The notes under the pieces are model-generated. The model was not told the DNA's origin, ran no database searches, and saw only the letters and a list, made by a program, of their open reading frames with translations. Positions 15,044 to 23,700 of a stretch of 24,000 nucleotides of DNA are shown here, one piece after another (positions within the stretch are counted from its first letter, which is position 1; each line of letters starts with the position of its first letter). A program made the position numbers and the translations under genes. This stretch comes from Methylocystis sp. (lineage in GTDB: Bacteria; Pseudomonadota; Alphaproteobacteria; Rhizobiales; Beijerinckiaceae): positions 9,863 to 33,862 of the forward strand of contig NZ_JBPFEA010000021.1 of NCBI RefSeq assembly GCF_051061285.1, read 5' to 3'.

Positions 15044-16168
15044 ATGAGCGGTGCGAATTTTGACGTTGTCATCGCGGGCGCCGGCGTTGTCGGTCTCGCC
15101 GTGGCCCGCGCGCTCGGCGAGACGGGATACAAAGTTCTGGTTACAGAAAGCGCTCCGACGATCGGTTCGGGCGTCAGCTCACGCAATTCCGAAGTCATTC
15201 ACGCTGGTCTGTACTATCCGCCCGACAGTCTGAAGGCGCGACTATGTCAGCGAGGCGCCGAGTTGCTCTATCGATATTGCCTCGATCGCGGCGTTGGATT
15301 CCGGCGGGTCGGAAAGCTGATCGTGGCGACGCAGCCCGATCAGGAGGCCAAACTCGATCAGATCGCTTCGAACGCGCTCGCGAGCGGCGTTCGAGACCTC
15401 ATTCGACTCGAAGCGGCGGAGGCGCGCAAGCTCGAGCCGAGCCTTGCCTGTTGCGGCGCGATCCTGTCTCCGTCGACCGGTATTGTCGACAGTCATGGGT
15501 TGATGTTGGCGCTGCAGGGCGACGCTGAAGAGTCCGGCGCGACTTTCGCTTTCAACGCCAAAGTCGTGGGCGGCGCGGTGACGCAAAGCGGGATGACGCT
15601 GCATATTCGCGACCGCGCCAGCGACGACGTCTCCTCGCTTGAGACGAGGGCTTTCGTGAACGCCGCCGGGCTCGGCGCGACGACGCTCTCCCGAGCCATT
15701 GACGGATTTCCGGCCTCCATGACGCCGCAGCTTTATCTCGCGCGCGGTTGCTATTTCACGCTCTCCGGGCGTGCGCCTTTTTCCAGGCTCATCTATCCCG
15801 TTCCTGTGGAGGGCGCTCTCGGCGTTCATCTTACGCTCGACCTCGCCGGACAGGCGCGGTTTGGTCCAGATATCGAATGGATCGATGAAATCGATTACAA
15901 CGTGGATCCGCGGCGCGCCGAGGCCTTCTATGACGAAATTCGTCGCTACTGGCCCGTCCTTCTAGACGGCGCCCTGCTTCCCGGCTACGCCGGCGTTCGA
16001 CCGAAAATCTCGGGGCGGGGGACGCCTGCCGCAGATTTTCGCGTCGACGGGCCAGGCCAACACGGCGTCGCCGGCCTCGTCAATCTGTTCGGAATTGAAA
16101 GCCCGGGACTGACGGCCTCACTCGCTCTCGCCGAGCTGGTCCGCGATCGCCTCGGTGAGGCGCCTTGA
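15044..16168 (+). CDS. FAD-dependent oxidoreductase (DAO family, L-2-hydroxyglutarate-oxidase-like)
   Basis: N-terminal dinucleotide fold [33 protein letters not shown] is typical of LhgO/YgaF-like flavoenzymes. C-terminal [15 protein letters not shown] at 15044. Confidence 0.85.
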   Translation: MSGANFDVVIAGAGVVGLAVARALGETGYKVLVTESAPTIGSGVSSRNSEVIHAGLYYPPDSLKARLCQRGAELLYRYCLDRGVGFRRVGKLIVATQPDQEAKLDQIASNALASGVRDLIRLEAAEARKLEPSLACCGAILSPSTGIVDSHGLMLALQGDAEESGATFAFNAKVVGGAVTQSGMTLHIRDRASDDVSSLETRAFVNAAGLGATTLSRAIDGFPASMTPQLYLARGCYFTLSGRAPFSRLIYPVPVEGALGVHLTLDLAGQARFGPDIEWIDEIDYNVDPRRAEAFYDEIRRYWPVLLDGALLPGYAGVRPKISGRGTPAADFRVDGPGQHGVAGLVNLFGIESPGLTASLALAELVRDRLGEAP

Positions 16169-16306
16169 TGTGGAACTCACAACGCGACGCCCGCAAGTCC
16201 AGTCGTCGATATGGCTTGTGGCGCTTGTGGCTGGAGAACGAAAAGAGGTGGCTGGCTGCGAGCTGCACTCAAGTCGATCTGACAAATCTCGCACAAAGGG
16301 AATGAC

Positions 16307-17422
16307 GTGATTCAGCGGTTCCTCTGGCTTGCGATGGGCTATTGGAAAGGCCAAACGCAACGCCCGGCGTGGGTTCTCTCGGTTGGATTTCTCATATGCC
16401 TTGTCGTGAACACTTACATGGCTCTGGCCGTGAATCGCTGGAGCAAGAGTTTCTTCGACGCGCTTCAAACGCATAAAGTCGATGAAGTTACCGGGGGAAT
16501 TCTGCAACTCGCCATTCTGGCCGTCGGCGTCGGTCTTGCCTCAATCGCCACAACGCAGTTTCGTATGAGACTTCAGGTCAACTGGCGATTGTGGCTCACC
16601 GCCTCGCTCATTGAGAAATGGCTCGTCAACGAATCTCGCCAAGCATGCGCCATATCTCCCGCAATCGATAATCCGGAAGCCCGCATCGCCGATGACGGTC
16701 GGCTGGCGATCGAGCTTTTTGTCGATCTCGCCGGAGGCGTCATCAATATCTTTTTGGTGTCGGCCGCCTTCATCCTCGTTCTCTGGCAAGTCGGGGGATC
16801 CTATGAGTTTCTTGGCGTGGTCATACCCGGTTATCTGGTGCTCGCGGTCTTCGTCTATTCAGTGGTGACTTCGTTTTGCATGTGGGTGTTGGGGCGACCG
16901 CTGGTGGCAAGCGTCGAAGCAAAGGCCGCGGCGGAGGGGAACTTCCGCTATGCGCTCACCCGCGCCCGTCATGAGTTCGAGTCGAGAGCGGTGGTGGAAG
17001 CCGACGAGGACATCGATCGCGACATTGGCGATTACCTGCGTCACCCGGTCGTTAAGGGGGTGCCGATCATTCCGGAACGGCTGGCCGAGATCGACGCCAA
17101 GGGCGGAAATCCTTTCGACAGATTTCTCTTTCTGCTCGCAGCGACCTGGGGGCGCGTCATCCAGGGGCAGACAAAGATCGTTTTTTTAACGCATGCCAAC
17201 AATCTTTTGGCTCCCGCTGTCCCCCTGTTGCTTGGCGCGCCGAAATATCTTGCCGGCGATTTAACGCTCGGAGATCTGATGCAGGCGGCCGCAGCCTTTT
17301 TGCAGGTGCAGCTTTCCCTCAATTGGCTCGCCGACAACGCCCTGAGCATCGCGAACTGGTCGGCTTCGGCGCGGCGCGTCGCGGCCCTTGATTTAGCGAT
17401 CGACACGACACGTGAGGAATAG
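16307..17422 (+). CDS. SbmA/BacA-like (ABC_membrane_2-type) transmembrane protein without an ATPase domain
   Basis: Multiple hydrophobic helices. Family motif NPEARIADD (compare NPDQRI.ED), and GNFRYALTRAR. GTG start at 16307 with AAGGGA 7 nt upstream. The protein ends at 17422 and no nucleotide-binding domain follows. Confidence 0.75.
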   Translation: MIQRFLWLAMGYWKGQTQRPAWVLSVGFLICLVVNTYMALAVNRWSKSFFDALQTHKVDEVTGGILQLAILAVGVGLASIATTQFRMRLQVNWRLWLTASLIEKWLVNESRQACAISPAIDNPEARIADDGRLAIELFVDLAGGVINIFLVSAAFILVLWQVGGSYEFLGVVIPGYLVLAVFVYSVVTSFCMWVLGRPLVASVEAKAAAEGNFRYALTRARHEFESRAVVEADEDIDRDIGDYLRHPVVKGVPIIPERLAEIDAKGGNPFDRFLFLLAATWGRVIQGQTKIVFLTHANNLLAPAVPLLLGAPKYLAGDLTLGDLMQAAAAFLQVQLSLNWLADNALSIANWSASARRVAALDLAIDTTREE

Positions 17423-17459
17423 CGGTGCGCTTGCGACACCGCGCCCACCAAGAGGAAAC

Positions 17460-18161
17460 ATGAGCCGACTTCGCATCCACCGGGAGAGTCATCTCGTCCA
17501 GCGCATCGGCTGGCTGCGAGCGGCGGTGCTCGGCGCCAATGACGGCATCGTGTCGACCGCGAGCCTCATCGTCGGCGTCGCAGCGGCGCAAGCCACGCGC
17601 AATGATGTGCTCGTCGCCGGCGCGGCGGGGCTGGTGGCCGGCGCCATGTCGATGGCCGCGGGCGAATATGTTTCGGTCAGCTCCCAATCCGATACCGAAA
17701 AGGCCGACCTTGCGCGCGAACGTGCGGAATTGAGCGATTACGCCGAACTGGAACGAGAGGAGCTTGCGCAGATCTATGTCGAGCGCGGCGTCGACCTTGA
17801 GCTGGCGCGGCAGGTCGCTTCGCAGCTGATGGAGAAGGACGCGCTGACGGCGCATGCGCGCGACGAATTGGGCATTTCGGAGATCGCCAGCGCGCGGCCG
17901 GTGCAGGCGGCGTTGACGTCGGCCGTCACCTTCGCCGCCGGCGCCGCGCTGCCGCTCCTCGTCGCCGGGATCGCGCCGCAAGCTGCGATCATCCCCATCG
18001 TCTCGGCCGCGTCTTTGGGGTGCCTGGCGCTGCTCGGCGCCATCGGCGCGAAAGCCGGCGGCGCCGGCGTCCTGCGCGCCGCGGTGCGCGTGACCTTCTG
18101 GGGCGCATTGGCGCTGGCGCTGACGGCGGGCGTCGGCAAGATTTTCGGCATGACCGTTTAA
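17460..18161 (+). CDS. VIT1/CCC1-family iron/manganese transporter
   Basis: RAAVLGANDGIVSTASLIVGVAAA, an acidic loop (SQSDTEKADLARERAELSD...EREEL) and C-terminal TM helices. Start reset to ATG 17460 (AGAGGA RBS) from the ORF-track 17412. Confidence 0.85.
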   Translation: MSRLRIHRESHLVQRIGWLRAAVLGANDGIVSTASLIVGVAAAQATRNDVLVAGAAGLVAGAMSMAAGEYVSVSSQSDTEKADLARERAELSDYAELEREELAQIYVERGVDLELARQVASQLMEKDALTAHARDELGISEIASARPVQAALTSAVTFAAGAALPLLVAGIAPQAAIIPIVSAASLGCLALLGAIGAKAGGAGVLRAAVRVTFWGALALALTAGVGKIFGMTV

Positions 18162-18190
18162 AAAGGCCGCGACCGCCGAAGGGGTTCTAT

Positions 18191-18661
18191 ATGGCGAACG
18201 CAAGAAGCAGATTGCGAATGGAGCAGCAGATGATTCGCCTGGGGTTTGTCGCGGTCCTTGGTTTGTCGTTCGCCGCAGGCGCCGCCGTTGCGAAGGAGCC
18301 TGCGCCAGCAGAGGTCGTGACGGAAATCGCCAGGACGACAAAGACCGCCGTTGGGCAGCCGATCACGCTTCCGCAAGGTCCCTTAGAGGTCGTGGCTTCG
18401 ATTTACACTCTGGCCCCGGGCGTCAGATTGCCGGAACATAAGCATCCGTATCAGCGCTACGCCTATATTCTTGAAGGGCAGCTGATGGTGCAGCAGGGCG
18501 ATTCCGCGTCCCGCGTCTATCACGCGGGCGAATTCGTCATCGAGAGCGTCGACCGCTGGCATTTCGGCGCGACGGTCGGAGCCGTTCCGGTCAAATTGCT
18601 GGTCATCGATCAGTTGCCGCCGGGCGGCAACGTCACGATCAATCGGCCTGCGGCGCCATAA
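18191..18661 (+). CDS. secreted cupin-domain protein
   Basis: Signal-peptide-like N-terminus (..MIRLGFVAVLGLSFAAGAAVA/KE). Cupin motifs LPEHKHPYQRYAYILEG and GEFVIESVDRWHFG. ATG 18191 has GAAGGGG upstream; alternative ATGs at 18218 and 18230. Confidence 0.75.
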   Translation: MANARSRLRMEQQMIRLGFVAVLGLSFAAGAAVAKEPAPAEVVTEIARTTKTAVGQPITLPQGPLEVVASIYTLAPGVRLPEHKHPYQRYAYILEGQLMVQQGDSASRVYHAGEFVIESVDRWHFGATVGAVPVKLLVIDQLPPGGNVTINRPAAP

Positions 18662-18717
18662 CGGCAAGTCAGAACTCGCCCGTCCGTTAGACATCCGCGA
18701 AGCGTTTACGTGTCGCG

Positions 18718-19764
18718 CTAGAGCCGCGCCTCGAGGATCATGTTGAACGGCGTCGCCGCCGCCTTGCGGAAATGGGAGAAGCCGCCTTCGCGCACGACCT
18801 CGCCGATGCGCTTGGCGCCGGCCTGGGCGCCGAGCGCGAGTCCGACGTCCTGATTGAGCGAAGTCGGGACGCAGATGTGGGTCGAACCGGCGTAATAGAC
18901 CCGCCCAACGGGGTTCAGATTTTCCGCGAGACTGTCGCCGGCCGCGGGCTCGATCAGCATCAGCGTTCCGTCTTCCGCCAAGACGTCGCGGATATGCGCG
19001 ACGGCGCCGACGGGATCGCCCATGTCATGCAGCGAATCGAACATCGTCACGAGGTCGTAGCCCGCGCCGGCGAAATCCTGCGCCCGCGCCACTTCGAAGC
19101 GCACGTTCGTGCGCCCGTCGGCCTTCTCCCTCGCATGAGCGACCGAACCCTCATGGTAGTCGATCCCGACAAATTCCGAGTTGGGAAAGGCGTCGGCCAT
19201 GAGCAAGGTCGAGACGCCATGTCCGCAGCCGACGTCTGCGACGTTCGCGCCGCGTTCGAGCTTGGCGGTCACCCCGTCAAGCGCCGGCAGCCATTCGGCG
19301 ACGAGATGGGTTCGGTAGCCCGGTCGGAAGAAGCGCTCTACGCCGCAGAACAGACAATTGCAGTGGTCGCCCCAATGCATGCCCTTGCCGCTCTTGAAGG
19401 CCTCGGCGAGTTTGGGCTCGTCGTGAAAGATCGCCGACATCAGGCTGAAGCCTCCCACCATGAAGGCGGGGCTGTCCTCGGCGGCAAACACCGCCGTCTG
19501 CTCGGGAGACATCGAAAATTTGCGCGCCTCGGCGTCATAATCGACGAAGCCGGAGGCCGCTTGCGCGGAGAGCCATTCGCGCACATAGCGCTCGTGCGTG
19601 CCGGTCTTGTCGGCGAGTTCGGCGGAGGTGGCGGCGCCTTGCGAAAGCGCGCGGAACAGGCCGAGCTTGTCTCCGATGATCACCAGAGCCGCATTGGAAG
19701 CGGCGCCCAGTTCATTAACGACCGTTCCGAGCAGCGAGTCGAGCTTGTTCATGTCCAGGTTCAT
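18718..19764 (-). CDS. class I SAM-dependent methyltransferase with N-terminal winged-helix-like domain
   Basis: SAM motif I VADVGCGHGVSTLLMA, post-I FVGIDYH, and LVTMFDSLHDM. ATG at 19762-19764 has a strong GGGAGGTGAG RBS. The 357-aa antisense ORF is rejected. Confidence 0.85.
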   Translation of the reverse strand: MNLDMNKLDSLLGTVVNELGAASNAALVIIGDKLGLFRALSQGAATSAELADKTGTHERYVREWLSAQAASGFVDYDAEARKFSMSPEQTAVFAAEDSPAFMVGGFSLMSAIFHDEPKLAEAFKSGKGMHWGDHCNCLFCGVERFFRPGYRTHLVAEWLPALDGVTAKLERGANVADVGCGHGVSTLLMADAFPNSEFVGIDYHEGSVAHAREKADGRTNVRFEVARAQDFAGAGYDLVTMFDSLHDMGDPVGAVAHIRDVLAEDGTLMLIEPAAGDSLAENLNPVGRVYYAGSTHICVPTSLNQDVGLALGAQAGAKRIGEVVREGGFSHFRKAAATPFNMILEARL

Positions 19765-19938
19765 CGCTCACCTCCCAATGTGGATGGACGCGAGACGCGC
19801 TTTCGGCGATCGCGCCGGGCGCCGACATCACGCGCGCCGGCATAAGGTCGGGAGAATACAGGCGCGACTTCCAGCCGCCGAGCGCGTCGTCGCCTTGCGC
19901 TGCGCTTGATTTCGGTCGCTGCGAACCGCGACTACCGC

Positions 19939-21981
19939 CTAGCGCAATTTTATCGTCAGATCCGTGCCGTCGTTTCCGGTTTCGCCGCTGACCGGCTGGT
20001 CCGAGATGATGAGCGACGCTCCAGTCCATAACCGCTCTGCGATCCGCTCGCGAACGTCTTTTGGAATGTCGACGCGCTCGAGCGCCTCGGACGGGGTCGC
20101 GCTCGCCGGGCGCCAATCCCAGGATATGTCGGCTTTAGCATCGGCCGACGCCAGATTCCTCCTGCGCTCCGTCCGCGCCTCCGGCATCGAGACGACCGAC
20201 CATTTGAGCGAACTCCCGTCCTCCTTGGCCGCCGTCGCAATATAAAGATGCGAGCCGAGCGGCGCGTCCGGCTCGCGGATCTCGATTGGCGCATCGAAAA
20301 GCGGCGAGAGGCCCTGGCGAACATAGATCCGCCGATCCTTCTTGCTGATCAGCACCGAGATGGGCGCCACGCGCCGCTCGGCTTCTCTTTGAGCGGTTGC
20401 GGCGGCGGCGGCGGTCGTTCTCGCCTCCTCCAAACGCCGGTCGGCGTCCGCCCGATCCGAGTCACTGGCGGCGAAGGCCGTTCTCGCCTGTTCGAGCTTT
20501 GCCGTGGCTTCCGCAAGCGCGGAGTCGGCGTTGATCTTCGCCTGCAGCGCCGCGTCCCGAGCGAGGAGAGCTTTTCCATAGGCTCTCGTCAGGCGGTCGG
20601 CTTTGGCTTTGGCAGGCGCGTCGCCCGCCGACGCGCTGCGTTCCGCCGTTACGGCCGGCTCGTGCTGGCTATCGGCCGCCGCCGTTGCAGCGCCGGATAA
20701 TGCAGCGGCCGCGTCCGCTTTGGTGCGGGCCGAGGCCTGCGCGGCCTCTGCGGCGCGGAGCGCCGTCGCTGCGCGCGCGGCCTCTTTTTGCTTGAGTGCC
20801 ACTTCGGCCGATAACGCCTTGACGGCTCTGTTGGCGGCGGCGGCTTCAGCCACGGCCTTGGCCTTGAGTTGCTGGGCATATTGGCGCGGATTCACCGTCA
20901 GCCGTTCGGCGGCGGCTGGACTTGAGGGAGCCGATGACGCTGGTTTGTCTGCCACATTTCCGAGTTTGGACTGCTCCGCATCCTGCTCGATCTTAGCGGC
21001 GGGCGCGTCGGCGGCGTCGAGCGCCGGCTGCTGCTGGTCTGCAGCGGGCGCGTCGTCCGAAGCGACCTCAGCGCTGGCTTCCTCCTTGGGCTGCTCGGCG
21101 TGTTGCTGCGAACTGGCGGTCGGCGCGTCGGCCTCGACGGCGGAGGGCTGTTGCAGATCGGCGGTCGGCGTGGCGGCTCCAGCCGTTTTGCCGTCAGCGT
21201 CGGCTTTGGGCTGCTCCGCCTGCGGCTGCGGAGCGATCGCGGGGCGATCTTCTGCGACGTGGAGAGGCGGTTCAGAGTCGGCCGCTGGCGCGCCTTTTTC
21301 TGCTTCTGCGGACGCGCGCATCTTCGGCGCGGGCAGCAAAGGGTGTTCGAATTCGGCGGGAAACACATCATGCGGCGAGATCACGACCCGCTCGCCGATT
21401 CTGGTCATGCCCCAGATCTTCGCCGCGAATGCGGCGGGCAGCCGGATGCAGCCGTGCGAGGCCGGATGTCCCGGCACGACCCCAAGATGCATGGCGATGC
21501 CGGACCAAGTGATCCGCTGCATGAACGGCATTGGCGCGCTGGAATAGATGTTGGATCGGTGGAATCGTTCGCGGCCGATGATGGTGAAAATGCCTTTCGG
21601 CGTCGGATGTCCGGCGACGCCTGTCGAGATCGCCGAACGGGCGACGAGGCCGCTATGGTTGTAGATCGACACCTGCTGGTCGGCGATGGAGGCGATGAGG
21701 AAGAGCGGCCGATCGATCGGTGCGACCTCGGGCTTGGCGTCGCGCAAAGACGCCGCGCCGCTTTTGTCGGCCGCCGGCCGGGAGATTTTTTTTCGCGCGG
21801 CCGGGCGCTGCGGGCGAGCGACGCGCTCTGGCGCTGGAACCGCATTGATGAGAGGCTCGCGGTCGCCCCAGAAATAATAGCCCTGCGCCATGGCGGGCGT
21901 CCGCGCAAAGCCGAGCGCCGCGGCGGCGGTCACCGCCACCTTCGAAAAAAGCCGGGCGCGAGAGCGCGTTCGTAAGCGCAT
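19939..21981 (-). CDS. L,D-transpeptidase (YkuD-domain) protein with long Ala/Glu/Gln/Pro-rich linker
   Basis: Signal peptide MRLRTRSRARLFSKVAVTAAAALGFARTPAMA. YkuD catalytic motif MHLGVVPGHPASHGCIRL (domain about 21379-21711). Low-complexity / coiled-coil-like region about 20374-21336. I prefer ATG 21979-21981 (GGAG RBS) over GTG 22008. Confidence 0.85.
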   Translation of the reverse strand: MRLRTRSRARLFSKVAVTAAAALGFARTPAMAQGYYFWGDREPLINAVPAPERVARPQRPAARKKISRPAADKSGAASLRDAKPEVAPIDRPLFLIASIADQQVSIYNHSGLVARSAISTGVAGHPTPKGIFTIIGRERFHRSNIYSSAPMPFMQRITWSGIAMHLGVVPGHPASHGCIRLPAAFAAKIWGMTRIGERVVISPHDVFPAEFEHPLLPAPKMRASAEAEKGAPAADSEPPLHVAEDRPAIAPQPQAEQPKADADGKTAGAATPTADLQQPSAVEADAPTASSQQHAEQPKEEASAEVASDDAPAADQQQPALDAADAPAAKIEQDAEQSKLGNVADKPASSAPSSPAAAERLTVNPRQYAQQLKAKAVAEAAAANRAVKALSAEVALKQKEAARAATALRAAEAAQASARTKADAAAALSGAATAAADSQHEPAVTAERSASAGDAPAKAKADRLTRAYGKALLARDAALQAKINADSALAEATAKLEQARTAFAASDSDRADADRRLEEARTTAAAAATAQREAERRVAPISVLISKKDRRIYVRQGLSPLFDAPIEIREPDAPLGSHLYIATAAKEDGSSLKWSVVSMPEARTERRRNLASADAKADISWDWRPASATPSEALERVDIPKDVRERIAERLWTGASLIISDQPVSGETGNDGTDLTIKLR
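20965..21219 (-). repeat. degenerate 120-nt (40-aa) in-frame tandem repeat inside the L,D-transpeptidase linker
   Basis: A 15-nt core recurs at an exact 120-nt period: tttggactgctccgc (20965-20979), cttgggctgctcggc (21085-21099) and tttgggctgctccgc (21205-21219). These encode AEQSK/AEQPK/AEQPK. The two full units are ~50% identical at protein level by hand alignment. Confidence 0.6.
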
Positions 21982-22038
21982 GTGCCGCTCCAAACTGCGG
22001 TTGAGCACCTTCGGTACTAAGGCGAATTTGTTATTTAA

Positions 22039-22067
22039 ACGATAATGAATGGCTAATACGTGGCCAA
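22039..22067 (-). promoter_or_regulatory. candidate sigma70-type promoter of the L,D-transpeptidase gene
   Basis: Minus strand reads TTGGCC (22062-22067) - 17 nt - TATCGT (22039-22044) in the AT-rich 22009-22137 spacer, ~55 nt upstream of ATG 21981. Pattern match by eye only. Confidence 0.3.
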
Positions 22068-22137
22068 ACAGCGACCAAGATCAAGATCCGATGCTTGAGC
22101 TTTGCTTCGTGCGCCGCGAAGAGAGGATTGTTTTGAC

Positions 22138-23178
22138 TTAACTTTGCAGCGCAACGGCGACGAATCTCAGGATCGCCGCGAAGGCTGCGTCGGTCTCCTT
22201 CAAGACGCCGGGGAAGAAATAGAAGCCGTGCGGCATGGCCTCGCCGATGGAATGCGTGACCTCCACGCCCGCCGCCGTCAATTTCTCGGCAAAGGCGCGA
22301 TTGTCGTCGACAAGCGGATCGGCGGTTCCGCTGATGAGCAGAGTTCGCGGATAGCCGTTCAAATCGCCGAGCGCCGGGCTCGCCCAGGGGTCCCGCCACT
22401 GCTGCGATTTCGTAAGATAGGCGCCACGCGCAAATCCCATGAAGGACGCATCGATCACGACGCCCGTCGGGGCAAGCCGCTCGTAGGACGCAAATTTTTC
22501 GAAGTGAAAATCCGTGACCGGACATAAAAGTACTGTCGCGAGAATGGATATGCGTTCCTCGCGCCCTCTTATCGGCGCCGCCGCCGCGAGGTTGCCTCCG
22601 GCGGAATCGCCGCAGACCAAGAGGCGCGATGCGTCGCCGCCGATGTCGGCGCCTCTATCGCGCATCCAGCGTAGAACCGCCATGCAATCGTCGAGGCCGG
22701 CGGGAAAGGGCCATTCGGGCGCCCAGCGATAATTGACGCTGACCACGATGACGTTGTTTTCGGCGGCGATGCGGCTGGTGACATAGGCCGTGTCCTCGGA
22801 CCGTCCGACGACAAAGCCGCCGCCATGCACATACAGCATCATCGGTTTTGGCCCGTCGCCGGGCGGCGTGAAACATTCGCAGCGGATCGGACCTGCGTCC
22901 GAAGGAACGGCGAGAGTCGTGACTAAGACCTGCGGATAGAGCTGTGCGGCGCCCGGCGGCAGTTCCGCCGGGTCGATCGCGAGCCCCTCGCCTCTGTAGC
23001 AGGCGCGCACCGGCGCCATCATCATGTCTCGCATCGCGACGGGCGCGCGCAGTTTCGACAGCAATCGATAGAAGGGCGCGGCCGGATCATCTTCCAAGAT
23101 GCGGACGACGCCTGGTCCGTCCGCGCGCTCGTCGACAAAGTCGGACGGCGCGGCGCGGCGATTTTCAATGTCCCCCAT
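22138..23178 (-). CDS. alpha/beta hydrolase, hormone-sensitive-lipase-type (family IV) esterase
   Basis: HGGGF oxyanion motif, GDSAGGN nucleophile elbow, and DPLVDD plus MPHGF completing the triad. I prefer ATG 23176-23178 (AGAGG RBS 7 nt upstream) over the ORF-track TTG 23184. Confidence 0.85.
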   Translation of the reverse strand: MGDIENRRAAPSDFVDERADGPGVVRILEDDPAAPFYRLLSKLRAPVAMRDMMMAPVRACYRGEGLAIDPAELPPGAAQLYPQVLVTTLAVPSDAGPIRCECFTPPGDGPKPMMLYVHGGGFVVGRSEDTAYVTSRIAAENNVIVVSVNYRWAPEWPFPAGLDDCMAVLRWMRDRGADIGGDASRLLVCGDSAGGNLAAAAPIRGREERISILATVLLCPVTDFHFEKFASYERLAPTGVVIDASFMGFARGAYLTKSQQWRDPWASPALGDLNGYPRTLLISGTADPLVDDNRAFAEKLTAAGVEVTHSIGEAMPHGFYFFPGVLKETDAAFAAILRFVAVALQS

Positions 23179-23370
23179 CTCCAAACCTCTGCGCTTTCAG
23201 GAATATCCTGCGTTCACGACACAATGTGAAAGGCGCGGCCAACGCCCGTCCGTCGGCCCGAGCGCGATCTTTCGAGAAGCGACGCGATCTTCGACGGAAC
23301 CGCGTGGCAAATTGACAGGACGCAGCCGCGAGAACAATATCGTCGCCTACCGTCTGCGGGGGCGAGTTCC

Positions 23371-23700
23371 ATGACTGACAATGACGACGGCGCCGACCGT
23401 CGGCTTTCGCGCCGAGCTCTCTTGCTCGGCGCGTTCACGCTGCCTTTTGTCGTGTTGGAGCCTGAGCCGGCATCCGCGCAGCTGGGTCTCATTGGCGCGA
23501 TGCTCGGAGGGTTTCGCTTCCGATCTCATCGGCGCCATTACGGCGGCTATCATCGTGCGCGGCCCCACTACGCGCGCCATCGCGGACGCGTACATGTCGC
23601 GAACCGGCGCCGTCATGGCGGCGGCGGTGGCGGAGGGGACAGCGGCGGTGGCGGCGGCGGTTCTGGCGGCGGCGGACAATTCAGCAAAGGCGGGCTTTAG
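23371..23700 (+). CDS. small hypothetical exported protein, Tat-like signal followed by a His/Arg/Gly-rich tail
   Basis: ATG 23371. N-terminus DRRLSRRALLLGAFTLPFVVLEPEPASA/Q has a twin-Arg motif, a hydrophobic core and an AxA site. GC3 in this frame is ~70% by hand count. Competing ORFs in the other frame and strand lack protein-like features. No family recognised. Confidence 0.45.
   Translation: MTDNDDGADRRLSRRALLLGAFTLPFVVLEPEPASAQLGLIGAMLGGFRFRSHRRHYGGYHRARPHYARHRGRVHVANRRRHGGGGGGGDSGGGGGGSGGGGQFSKGGL

Noticed and set aside
16211-16282. 23-codon ORF (MACGACGWRTKRGGWLRAALKSI) upstream of the SbmA/BacA-like gene, containing a tandem 9-nt repeat gcttgtggc x2 (16214-16231). It was considered as a possible Cys-containing peptide substrate or leader.
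   Set aside because: There is no Shine-Dalgarno-like sequence. It is very short, the CxxC arises trivially from the 9-nt duplication, and nothing else supports translation. It could be revisited if conserved in relatives.
17319-18341. 340-aa minus-strand ORF
   Set aside because: It is antisense to the VIT-family gene and overlaps three plus-strand genes. The extremely Arg/Gly/Ala/Pro-rich sequence has no motifs. It is a shadow ORF.
18772-19845. 357-aa plus-strand ORF, the longest plus-strand ORF in this area
   Set aside because: It is fully antisense to the 18718-19764 methyltransferase, which has a clear SAM motif, a strong RBS and a sensible composition. The antisense product is Arg/Gly/Ala/His-rich with no motifs. 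This is a typical high-GC shadow ORF.
20603-21975. 314-aa (20603-21547) and 291-aa (21100-21975) plus-strand ORFs
   Set aside because: Both are antisense to the L,D-transpeptidase gene. Their Ala/Ser/Cys- or Arg/Gly-rich low-complexity products mirror the repeat region on the other strand. The minus-strand frame carries the signal peptide and the SHGCIR catalytic motif.
23617-23676. GGC/GGT-rich triplet run considered as a slipped-strand phase-variation tract
   Set aside because: The run is imperfect (interrupted by gga, ggg, gac, agc and tct) and made of triplets. Slippage would therefore only change Gly number, not the reading frame, so there is no evidence for an on/off switch.
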